A stretch of DNA of 62,789 bases, filler included, from Candidatus Methanoxibalbensis ujae (GTDB lineage: Archaea > Halobacteriota > Syntropharchaeia > Alkanophagales > Methanospirareceae), in NCBI GenBank assembly GCA_026134085.1. It is 5 parts of 5 records of this genome, joined end to end, with 100 filler letters (N's around TTAATTAATTAA, not from the genome) between each part and the next. Parts side by side here need not be neighbours in the genome. Positions count along the whole stretch, not along the records: positions 39,219 to 51,580 come from JAOQIN010000051.1; positions 51,681 to 62,789 come from JAOQIN010000053.1; 3 more parts are not named here. The stretch is one strand, 5' to 3'. The notes beneath the pieces were generated by a model that ran no database searches, was not told where the DNA came from, and worked only from the letters and a program-made list of their open reading frames with translations. Positions 49,904-58,605 of the stretch are shown in pieces. The position numbers and the translations under genes are program-made. Within the stretch, counting starts at the first letter, position 1. Every line of letters begins with the position of its first letter.

Positions 49904-50503
49904 TTGTGCACCACTGATATTGAGAGTGTGAATGTCGCAGTCATAGCGGGACATGATGCAGACATATCTGTTGAGCTCCTCAGGGGATTGAGATTGCGTG
50001 AGATCAGGGTTTTCTCAAATCAGCTCGCAAATCAACAAAAATGGCATAAATTAAGACCGCCACGCGTTTTTGCTTCTGAAGTGCCATCTTCCATTTCTGA
50101 ATTCAAGCGAGCGTTCAGGGGAGTTGATGTTGTTCTCGGCGGCGATGACATGAAAACGCAACATATTGCAGCATTCGCAGCATCCGAGATAGGCGCTCCT
50201 TTCATCACATGGGGAATTGTAACCGTCATACTGCCTGACGGATATGCATTTGACGAGCTTGAGTTCAGCTGTGATCCAAACATGCTCCCCGGCGACACAG
50301 CAGCAGATCAGCCGTTGAGATGGATTTTCAATTCGGTTGTCCGTGCTTATCAGATTATGGAGCTCTTTAATCTTTTCACGGGGATCGGCGAGCCTACTTT
50401 TGCTCCTTTCGCATGGAAATTCTCATGCATTCCCAACATAACCGCACGGAAAATTGAGCTGAGCATACGCCGCTTGTCACGGCGACTTAATACGACGCCT
50501 TAA
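49904..50503 (+). CDS. Hypothetical protein with weak ThiF/MoeB (E1-like) resemblance
   Basis: VAVIAG, GVDVVLGGDD, IGAPFI and AYQIMEL...TGIGEP echo the ThiF layout but without GxGxxG or zinc motifs. Confidence 0.45.
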   Translation: MCTTDIESVNVAVIAGHDADISVELLRGLRLREIRVFSNQLANQQKWHKLRPPRVFASEVPSSISEFKRAFRGVDVVLGGDDMKTQHIAAFAASEIGAPFITWGIVTVILPDGYAFDELEFSCDPNMLPGDTAADQPLRWIFNSVVRAYQIMELFNLFTGIGEPTFAPFAWKFSCIPNITARKIELSIRRLSRRLNTTP

Positions 50504-50614
50504 TACGACGCCTTAACTGTCCTCTCCCTCTGTATTATCACATTTTTTCCTCCTCTATGGCATGACAAGGCACGCTTAAAATGCAACTTAAAATGCAAAT
50601 ATGAATAATAAAAG

Positions 50615-50870
50615 GCATCTGATTTGAAGAGGGAGCTGCTTGAGGAAGGGACGGGGCGCCTATCAGTGACTTCTCGGAGGAAATTCTTGAGCGTCTTGAG
50701 GCTCAAGGAAGTTTGCTCGCTGTGCTGAATGAACATAGCCGATCAAATTTTAGATTGGACAGGCATGAAGCCCGCTTCGCCGAACAGAAAATTCAATGAA
50801 ATTCTTGCGAGACTTGATGAGCATGACAGGAAGTTCAATGAGGTTATTGAGAGGCTTGATGACGATGATA
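50615..50870 (+). pseudogene. Remnant of an archaeal heptad-repeat coiled-coil protein (DUF3782-like)
   Basis: Broken frames DLKRELLEE, EEILERLE, RKFNEILARLDEHDRKFNEVIERLD. Confidence 0.5.
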
Positions 50871-51580
50871 GCAGTTCTCGTTCTGTAATCCATGATTTTC
50901 ATCGGTTAACACATCTCTTTTTCATGATTACAATAGAATTCGTGGATATTGACCTAATAAGCTTATCTTCTTTGTCTTTTCCGGATGAGAACAAACTTTT
51001 TGTTGTGCTCCGCGTGAATGGGGAAATTGTTGATGATGCAAGATATTGGCATCTACACAGGCATCTACACAAAAAGGTGAAGCAAGACAAACGGAATGGG
51101 CGATGTTGCCCCCATCACTCCTTTACACCTGATTATGGATGGAGGGGGAAAGGAGAAAATTCCGGGAGAGTGAGAAATGAATAATAAAATTGCATATATT
51201 TTATTTTGCTTGGTTTGTTGATTTTTCATGCAATAATTGTGATAGAACCCCTCCCTCTTTCCTTTTTATCAGAAGATATGCGGTAATGGGTAACTAATAA
51301 TGAGCACCAAAACATCATAACATGTAGCAACGTTTGCACTAAATATCTTTTCAAGTCTTTCAGTGCCAAATCAACTTTCTTCTCTTCTATTTTGGCTTTT
51401 ATCAACTTATGGACAATTAAAGGAGCTATTTCCGCCCTCTTCTGGTTTCTTTATTATATAAAAAATCCCCCTCTGCCAAAATAAAATCGCAATTTGCATC
51501 TATAATTCAGCTTGCCAGTCATATCCGCATATATCATGGATATCAAGCGATGTGAGCCCCTTCATCGTGGTATACATTGC

Positions 51581-51680
51581 NNNNNNNNNNNNNNNNNNNN
51601 NNNNNNNNNNNNNNNNNNNNNNNNTTAATTAATTAANNNNNNNNNNNNNNNNNNNNNNNNNNNNNNNNNNNNNNNNNNNN
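51581..51680. other. Artificial contig linker
   Basis: N44-TTAATTAATTAA-N44. Confidence 0.99.
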
Positions 51681-51778
51681 AATCCTCCTCAATCCCTCAT
51701 GATAGCGAGAACAATATAATCCTCTCAATAAAGAGCAAGGGTGACATAAATCCCAGATGAAACACTTTATTTAAAACT

Positions 51779-52132
51779 ATGAAGTTGGGCGTCTGCTCTC
51801 ACTTCAGTGCAGCACACAAGCTTCCAAAGCATACGGGAAAATGCAAGCAACTGCACGGACACACATACAAAGTTGAGATTGTCGTTGAAGGCGAGAAAGA
51901 CAAAGAAACGGAATGCATCGTTGACTTCAGCGAAGTGAAGGCACTCTTAGATGAAGTTCTTGAGCATCTTGACCACAAATATTTGAATGATGTCATTTCT
52001 TATCCGACAAGTGAGAACATAGCGGAGTTCATTTGGGAGGAATTAGAGGGGAAAGTGGAGGAAATCGGCGTGAAATTGAAATCTGTGAAAGTTTGGGAGG
52101 GCGAGGGAAAGTGGGTAATGTTGGAAAAATGA
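51779..52132 (+). CDS. queD: 6-carboxytetrahydropterin synthase
   Basis: FSAAH, CKQLHGHTY, LDHKYLN, PTSENIA, VWE. Confidence 0.93.
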   Translation: MKLGVCSHFSAAHKLPKHTGKCKQLHGHTYKVEIVVEGEKDKETECIVDFSEVKALLDEVLEHLDHKYLNDVISYPTSENIAEFIWEELEGKVEEIGVKLKSVKVWEGEGKWVMLEK

Positions 52133-52180
52133 GTTAGTGGAAAAATGAGTTAGAAACGACAGAGGAAAATGGCATAGGAA

Positions 52181-53083
52181 ATGAGCACTGCGAAGGATGT
52201 GCGAGAGATTTTCGCCGAAAGAGGAATAAGACCCTTAAAAAAGGAGGGACAGCATTTTCTTTTGGACGATGGTATTGCTGCTCGCATGCTTGAGTATGCC
52301 GATGTTTGCAGTGAGGATGTCGTTCTTGAGATAGGTGCGGGCGTCGGAAACCTCACGGAGAAGTTAGAGCGAAGAGCAAAAAAAGTAATTGCGGTTGAAA
52401 AAGACAGCAGGCTTTGTGAAGTCTTGCGAGAGCGTTGCAAGAACGCTGAAATCCTGCAAGGAGACATTTTAGATATTGAAATTCCGCCGTTCAACAAGGT
52501 AGTTGCGAACATTCCATTCGCACTCTCATCACCAATCACGCTTCGTTTGCTCCTTTTTCACGATTTTGATGTCGCAGTTATGATGTATCAGCGTGAATTT
52601 GCGGAGAAGATGGTCGCAAAGAAGGGTGAAAAATTGAGGGAAAGAGGCAAAACTAAAAAATTGTATGGGCGTCTCTCTGTTATTGTGCAGACACTCGCAG
52701 AAGTTGAGATTTTGGAGTTCGTGCCTCGTCGTGCATTCTTCCCGCAACCTTCTGTTGACGCTGCTATCGTGAGACTGAAGCCGAGAAGCGTCAAAGAATT
52801 GGAGACAACGGCGGAGAAAACACTCTTCGCAAGCGTCGTAAGCGCTGCATTTGACAGCAGACGGAAAAAATTGAAAAACATCCCTGCGTTCAAGCTCATT
52901 TTTCGGCACGCATGCGAGAGCAGCTCAACACAGGCTGAATGGCTGCGTTCAATTGCGAATTTGCGACCTGAGGAGCTTCAACCTGCGGATTTCGTGAGGT
53001 TGAGCAGGGCAATTTTGGCATTTGAAAGAAAGGAGCGGGAAAGGGAGAGAAAGGGGCTCGCAACAGCCGATAAGTTTATATAA
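52181..53083 (+). CDS. rsmA: 16S rRNA adenine dimethyltransferase
   Basis: GQHFL, LEIGAGVG, VANIPF, MYQREFA, YGRLSV, FFPQPSVD, RRKKL. Confidence 0.95.
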   Translation: MSTAKDVREIFAERGIRPLKKEGQHFLLDDGIAARMLEYADVCSEDVVLEIGAGVGNLTEKLERRAKKVIAVEKDSRLCEVLRERCKNAEILQGDILDIEIPPFNKVVANIPFALSSPITLRLLLFHDFDVAVMMYQREFAEKMVAKKGEKLRERGKTKKLYGRLSVIVQTLAEVEILEFVPRRAFFPQPSVDAAIVRLKPRSVKELETTAEKTLFASVVSAAFDSRRKKLKNIPAFKLIFRHACESSSTQAEWLRSIANLRPEELQPADFVRLSRAILAFERKERERERKGLATADKFI

Positions 53084-53297
53084 TATCACGCCCCTCACAA
53101 GGAGTATGAGGGAGTGGCGTGGTGTTCAGGAATTAAAATAGAGGTGTTTGTTTCGGACTAAAACGGCTGCGGAGGAGATGATTCTAAATGTAAGGGGGCT
53201 GAGAATGTCATTGTGGAGTGAGATGGTAGTTTGGCATGCGTAATGAAACAAAATATGAAGTTCGGATAATAATGAGTGAAATTATAGGCGATGAGAA

Positions 53298-54119
53298 ATG
53301 CAAAAAGAACTGAGGGACATTATAAGGAAAATGATTGAGAGAGCGAAAAACTATCCTTTTGATATTCCAAACTACTCGTATGTTTTCATAAATGGAAATG
53401 CATTCAAGCTCGTAAAATTCAATCTCCATTCACTAATGGATAGCATAATACAAGTAAATGAGGGGAGACAAAAGCTCAGAAGATATTTGCATTTGAAGAA
53501 AATTGATTTAAGCCTTGATTTTCCGGATTGTTTTCCTGTTCTTGCTTATGGATCAAATGCCTCGTTCATGCAATTACAAGAGAAATTTTCAAATTTTAAT
53601 GATCATGTTGTAATACCCGTTATAAAGGCTTATTTATTTGATTTTGATGTTGTTTACTCCGCTCATTATTCCCCTTATGGCTCGATACCTGCTACTTTAC
53701 AATATTCTCCGAAGACTGTGGTTAAAACTTTTGTTGCCTATTTGACAAAGCCGCAACTTGACCACTTGCATGAAACAGAAAAGAACTATTGCTTTGGAAA
53801 GCTATTTAATATTCAATTAGTCTTAGAGAACAATGCAGTCTTACGAGAGATATTTGCGTATTTAAGTCTGCACAACTGCCTATATATAAATGGCACTCAT
53901 ATCGCTTTGTCTGCAATAAATGCCAAAAATAGAATTTTTCCACAAATGAATGAAGTTGAAGTGCTAACTTTGGTCAGAGATATTATTGAGAAGGATAAAG
54001 ATTTAGATACTTTTATTTTAGAGAACATCAGGAATCCTAAAATAAGGGAGGAAAGGATTAAAAAGCTGAAACTAATGTCAAGAAAGTTCTCTTACAAGTA
54101 TTGGAAAGTGCAAATTTAG
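53298..54119 (+). CDS. Hypothetical protein with gamma-glutamylcyclotransferase-like motif
   Basis: VLAYGSNAS, DVVYSAH, LHETE..Y; markedly AT-rich. Confidence 0.6.
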   Translation: MQKELRDIIRKMIERAKNYPFDIPNYSYVFINGNAFKLVKFNLHSLMDSIIQVNEGRQKLRRYLHLKKIDLSLDFPDCFPVLAYGSNASFMQLQEKFSNFNDHVVIPVIKAYLFDFDVVYSAHYSPYGSIPATLQYSPKTVVKTFVAYLTKPQLDHLHETEKNYCFGKLFNIQLVLENNAVLREIFAYLSLHNCLYINGTHIALSAINAKNRIFPQMNEVEVLTLVRDIIEKDKDLDTFILENIRNPKIREERIKKLKLMSRKFSYKYWKVQI

Positions 54120-54131
54120 GGATGAGATGCC

Positions 54132-55031
54132 ATGAGTAAGTTTTTCATACTGCGCACTGAAGACCGAAAAGGAGCTAAAGATGACTATATAATATGTGTC
54201 AACCCTTCAATCAAAAAAAGCAAGCACCTGGGCAGATTCGCAGTGCTTGTTCGCAAGCGGAAGATTGACAAAAGATTAAAAGAATTAAAGGTGCCTTGTC
54301 GGGTTGTAATTGATGAGACTCTCGGAGATTATGAAATTAGAGTCGACCAGAGTTTAAGAAATGCTCTTGGAATACCATATGAGTTCTCGGATGCCGACAA
54401 AGAAAAATTTACTATGGATATCTATCCATTACGTTTGTCTTTGTTTCAACATTTACGATATTTTATCTCTTATATACTTGGAAGACGTTATCTGTTTTTC
54501 CGCGTATGTAAAGCGGATATTCCAGATATGGAAAAGAATATATGTAGAATACCTTCAGACAGTTTTAAGCTTTTAGGTTGTGAAGAAGGTGATAGAGTAA
54601 TATGTGAATATCCCGTTCGTGATGGAGATATTTACAGATTAAGAGAATGCAAAATAAAATGTTATGAAGCTTCTGAAGAAATGATTAAAAAGAGAGAGGA
54701 AATGGAGAAGGAAAATATTTCAGCACGCTATCCATCTGCTGAAAAGCTGTTGAAAGTTTCTCCAGATATTCCCCGCATATTTCTTGATGCCCATGCCAGG
54801 GATGGGTTACATGTAGAACCTATTGACCCTGTGCGTGTAAGGCGTGACCTATTCCATTTATTTCTTAAACAAATAAGAGAATTTGGTATTATTTTCTTCT
54901 TATCTCTACTTACATTTGCATATAGTCTCCCAATTATGATTACTTGGAAATCGTTTATTCTAATATCTGTAATTTCAGTAGTATTTGCAATTTCGCTAAT
55001 ATTAGTGAATATAAGAGCAAAAATAAAGTAG
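54132..55031 (+). CDS. Hypothetical protein with repeated double-psi-barrel-like segments and two C-terminal TM helices
   Basis: IRVDQSLRNALGI, CRIPSDSFKLLGCEEGDRV, IFLDAHARDGLHVEPIDPVRVRR; two hydrophobic helices at the C-terminus; AT-rich. Confidence 0.6.
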   Translation: MSKFFILRTEDRKGAKDDYIICVNPSIKKSKHLGRFAVLVRKRKIDKRLKELKVPCRVVIDETLGDYEIRVDQSLRNALGIPYEFSDADKEKFTMDIYPLRLSLFQHLRYFISYILGRRYLFFRVCKADIPDMEKNICRIPSDSFKLLGCEEGDRVICEYPVRDGDIYRLRECKIKCYEASEEMIKKREEMEKENISARYPSAEKLLKVSPDIPRIFLDAHARDGLHVEPIDPVRVRRDLFHLFLKQIREFGIIFFLSLLTFAYSLPIMITWKSFILISVISVVFAISLILVNIRAKIK

Positions 55032-55324
55032 TAAACTAATGTAACGAGAAATTGTTGCCTTTCAAAGAGCGTATTTTTCTTTGGCTAACGCCTTCGTCAA
55101 AATCCCAGGGGAACTTCCGATTCGCTCCGTTGTCCGAAATTGTAGGCAGCTGAAAGACAAGAAAGACAACTTTAATAAGGTGAAAAAAATAAAAGGTCTA
55201 ACAATGAAGCCTCCTATGACAGAGACTACTCCACAATTCCTGTGTGGTTTATCCCTCTTGGATAACTTGAAAACCGACTTTGCATATCTTCATGTGAATA
55301 TTAAGAAGTGACCAGGGGAAAAGC

Positions 55325-57085
55325 ATGCTGAATGCACCGAGATTGCATCGGATAGAGAGCGTTGAAGAAGCATGCGAAGGCGTGAAAATTTTCAAATTCC
55401 ACGCACCGGAGATTGCGAGAAGAGCGAAACCGGGGCAGTTCGTCATGGTTTGGCTTCCCCGCTACGATGAAATTCCGATAAGTGTTGCGGATGCCTCGCA
55501 AGATGAAATAGAGATTGCGATTGCTGATGTCGGCGACTGCACGCACCGTTTGCACCAGAAGAAAGCAGGCGAAATGCTCGGACTGCGTGGTCCTTTCGGC
55601 AGAGGCTTCTCCCTTCACGAGTTTCACGAAGGAAGGGTTTGCCTCGTTGGGGGAGGCTACGGAGCGGCACCGCTGAAATTCGCAGCGAAGGCTCTAAAGG
55701 CGAAAGGAGCGGAAGTGCTTGTGCTGCTCGGTGCTCGTTCCGCAAGAAATTTGCTTTATGCGGATGCGTTTGAGCGTTTTGGATGCTCTGTTAGGGTTGC
55801 AACAGAAGACGGTTCTGCTGGCTTTAAGGGAACTGTTGTGGAATTGCTCAATGAGATATTGCGTTCCGAGAATTTTGACGCCGTTCTGACATGCGGACCA
55901 GAGAGAATGATGCTTCGTGTCTGCGAAATCACAACGAAAAGAGGCATAAAAACGCAAGTTGCGGTGGAACGCATAATTAAGTGTGCGAGCGGTGCCTGCG
56001 ATTCCTGCGACATCGGTGGATTTCGTGTGTGCAAGGAGGGTCCTGTGTTTCCTGCGGAGCAGTTGCTTGAGACGGAGTTCGGGAAGTGGAAGCGTTCAAA
56101 AAGCGGAAGGAGAGTCCCTCTCTCCCCTGTCTCCGTTGAAAGTTCGCCCCTTCCGAGGCTTAAGCCCGAGAGCGAGCCGTTGCTTCAGACGGAAGTCTGC
56201 GGTATTCGCTTTCCGAATCCGCTGATGAACGCCTCAGGCTTCGCCCTCTCTGGCAGAATGCTTTACCGCTTCGCAAAGGCGGGGGCAGGCGCAGTCGTCA
56301 CGAAAAGCATCGGCATCGCTGAAAATGAAGGCTATCCGAACCCTACTTTTGTTGAAGTCGCACCGCAGACTTACGCAAACGCAATCGGACTCGCAAATCC
56401 CGGCATAATTGAATACAAAACAGAAATAGAGGAAGCAAAAGCAGCAGGAGTTCCGATAATTTTGAGCATTTTCGGCAAAAGTGTTGAGGAATGCGAGAGA
56501 ATTGCAAGAATCGCAGTGAATTATCCCATAGATATGATTGAGTTGAACGCATCTTGCCCGCACAGTGCATTTGAACCGCTTGAGAAACGCCCAGAAATGC
56601 TCTGTGAGATTGTCTCTGCGGTCTCAGCGATTGCACACCGCTCTGGCATCCCGCTGGCTGTGAAAATCTCTGCGAACACGGAAGACCCTGCGAGGCTCGC
56701 TGCGATGCTTGAGCGCTGCGGTGCGGATGCCGTTTGTGCGACGAACACGCTCATTGCGAGACCCGTTCATGAAGGCATTCCACTGCTGGGAAGTCCCACA
56801 GGATACGGCGGAATTTCGGGCAGAAAAATCGCAAATGTCGGGAAAAAAGTCGTTTTTCAAATCGCAGAGGCAGTAAATATCCCTATTATTGCCGTCGGTG
56901 GCATATTCTCTGCGAAGGATGTGCTTGATTACGCCGCTGCTGGCGCCTCGCTTTTCCAAATAGGCTCTGCAATAGTCAGTGAAGGTCCCGAAATATTCTC
57001 AAAAATAAAGGCTGAACTGCTTAAAATACTCGCATCGCAGCGCAAGAAAATTTCCGATTTCGTGGGCGTCGCACACAGACGCTGA
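55325..57085 (+). CDS. pyrKD: Fused dihydroorotate dehydrogenase 1B: PyrK electron-transfer domain plus PyrD catalytic domain
   Basis: PGQF, RGPFG, GGG, CGP, C-ASGACDSC..VCKEGPVF (PyrK); NPLMNASG, VTKS, NAIGLANPG, ELNASCPH, TNT, GGISG (PyrD). Confidence 0.92.
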   Translation: MLNAPRLHRIESVEEACEGVKIFKFHAPEIARRAKPGQFVMVWLPRYDEIPISVADASQDEIEIAIADVGDCTHRLHQKKAGEMLGLRGPFGRGFSLHEFHEGRVCLVGGGYGAAPLKFAAKALKAKGAEVLVLLGARSARNLLYADAFERFGCSVRVATEDGSAGFKGTVVELLNEILRSENFDAVLTCGPERMMLRVCEITTKRGIKTQVAVERIIKCASGACDSCDIGGFRVCKEGPVFPAEQLLETEFGKWKRSKSGRRVPLSPVSVESSPLPRLKPESEPLLQTEVCGIRFPNPLMNASGFALSGRMLYRFAKAGAGAVVTKSIGIAENEGYPNPTFVEVAPQTYANAIGLANPGIIEYKTEIEEAKAAGVPIILSIFGKSVEECERIARIAVNYPIDMIELNASCPHSAFEPLEKRPEMLCEIVSAVSAIAHRSGIPLAVKISANTEDPARLAAMLERCGADAVCATNTLIARPVHEGIPLLGSPTGYGGISGRKIANVGKKVVFQIAEAVNIPIIAVGGIFSAKDVLDYAAAGASLFQIGSAIVSEGPEIFSKIKAELLKILASQRKKISDFVGVAHRR

Positions 57086-57132
57086 CGCTTGCTACGCTGA
57101 CACTACGATTTCACTCTCGCCCCTCTCAAGGC

Positions 57133-57618
57133 TCACTTCTTCCACCTTCGTCTGAAAGGGCTTGGTCCGACCTTTTTGACATTCTCGGTGACTTCTCGCA
57201 CCATCTCCGCAAATATAGGACCTTCAGAGGCGGAAATCCAACGCAGTCCAATCCTCTCAGGCTCCAAACCGAGCTCGTCAACAAACTCCTTAAGGAACTC
57301 GTATCTGTTTCTCGCCTTGTAGTTACCGTCAATGTAGTGGCAGTCGCCGAAGTGGCATCCAGTCATGAGAACTGCGTCAGCACCCTCTAAAAGACCGAGC
57401 AAGACAAATGCGGGGTCTATGCGACCTGAACACATCACTCTCACGACCCTAAATGTGGGTGGCATTTGCCTCCTTTCAAGCCCTGCTGCGTCCGCTCCTG
57501 CGTAAGAACACCAGTTGCAGCAGAAAGCAAGAATCTTCGGCTCCCAGTCTCCCCCCTCTTCCTTACCCTTTTCCCTTTTCCTTTCCTCCTCCTCGCCTCT
57601 CGCCTCTTCAGAAGGCAT
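57133..57618 (-). CDS. mvhD: MvhD/FlpD [2Fe-2S] hydrogenase delta subunit
   Basis: FCCNWCSYAGAD, RVMCSGRID, GCHFGDCHY, WISASEG. Confidence 0.95.
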   Translation of the reverse strand: MPSEEARGEEEERKREKGKEEGGDWEPKILAFCCNWCSYAGADAAGLERRQMPPTFRVVRVMCSGRIDPAFVLLGLLEGADAVLMTGCHFGDCHYIDGNYKARNRYEFLKEFVDELGLEPERIGLRWISASEGPIFAEMVREVTENVKKVGPSPFRRRWKK

Positions 57619-58605
57619 CTGTCCCGTTCCACTTAAGGAGTTTAAAAAGCATACTACTTTCTTTTTCTCTTTTTGCTTTGTGCCTTACTGCTACCGCTAA
57701 CTGCTGCTGTCTTTTCCTAAAGGCATTACAAAATTCTAGGAAATTAGGAAAATCTCGTCCTAATGTGCCTTCCCGGTTGTGTATGAAGAATTTACACATG
57801 CTTTCCGCTCGAGATCACACCTAAAGGCATTCAGAATGCAATCTTCCGTGTAGGAGATACATGCAAGACCGCTTATTCCGCAAATATCGATAAGAACTGC
57901 GGCGTGGAATTATATGGACGGTCAGGTTCTCGGTAAAAAGGTTCTGTCCTTTCAGGACGCCTGATGGCGAAATGGTGGTAGCGATCAGACAGTTAAGGGG
58001 ACGTTTTGCGTGAGATTTTCGGCGTGAGCATCAATGGTGCGCGTTGTCGATGGCTGGCGAGCCTGCATTCCGGTCTTACAGCGATACTGGGCGCACAGAT
58101 GCGGAAAGTAGATGTGTTCGTTGAAAAACCCAGGGGTAAGGAGCTGTCAGAAGCCATTCACAAAAAATTTAAGGCGTTAAAAGGGTTCCTCGGTGAAGAG
58201 CCGCTTGCATCTATGGAAAAGCGGAAACAGCAGAAAGAAGTGTGGGATAAAATAGCGGAGTTAGCAGCGAAGCAATTCGCAAGTTCACGGGACTGAAGAA
58301 GCCAATATTACTGCAAAAATATATCATAAACGATCTGAGAAACTGGTATATACATCTTATCCCAGGAGCCAATAAATAATCTTCTCAGCGAGCAGGTTAT
58401 CATTTAGTACATCGCTTCCGTCTTCGCCACGTAGAGGTTACAGGGAAGTGTATAAACTCAATTGCTCGTCAATGAGCTTTGTTTGGGGCGGGTAAAAAAA
58501 AATGCAAAAAGCCGAAAACTTTTTAAAGGGATATTTACGCTATACAAATGCGTAAAGGTTTTTTCACCAAAGGTAAAAAGTTGTTTAGGAGGTGTGAAAG
58601 GAAAA

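Noticed and set aside
50729..51184. 151-aa ORF as an intact gene
   Set aside because: Only the heptad segment looks protein-like; the rest appears to be read-through of decayed fragments
57133..57618. Selenocysteine or other recoding in MvhD or HdrA
   Set aside because: All ligand positions are Cys codons with no in-frame stops
57630..58450. Short ORFs between mvhD and the surface protein
   Set aside because: No motifs or convincing starts; probably remnants
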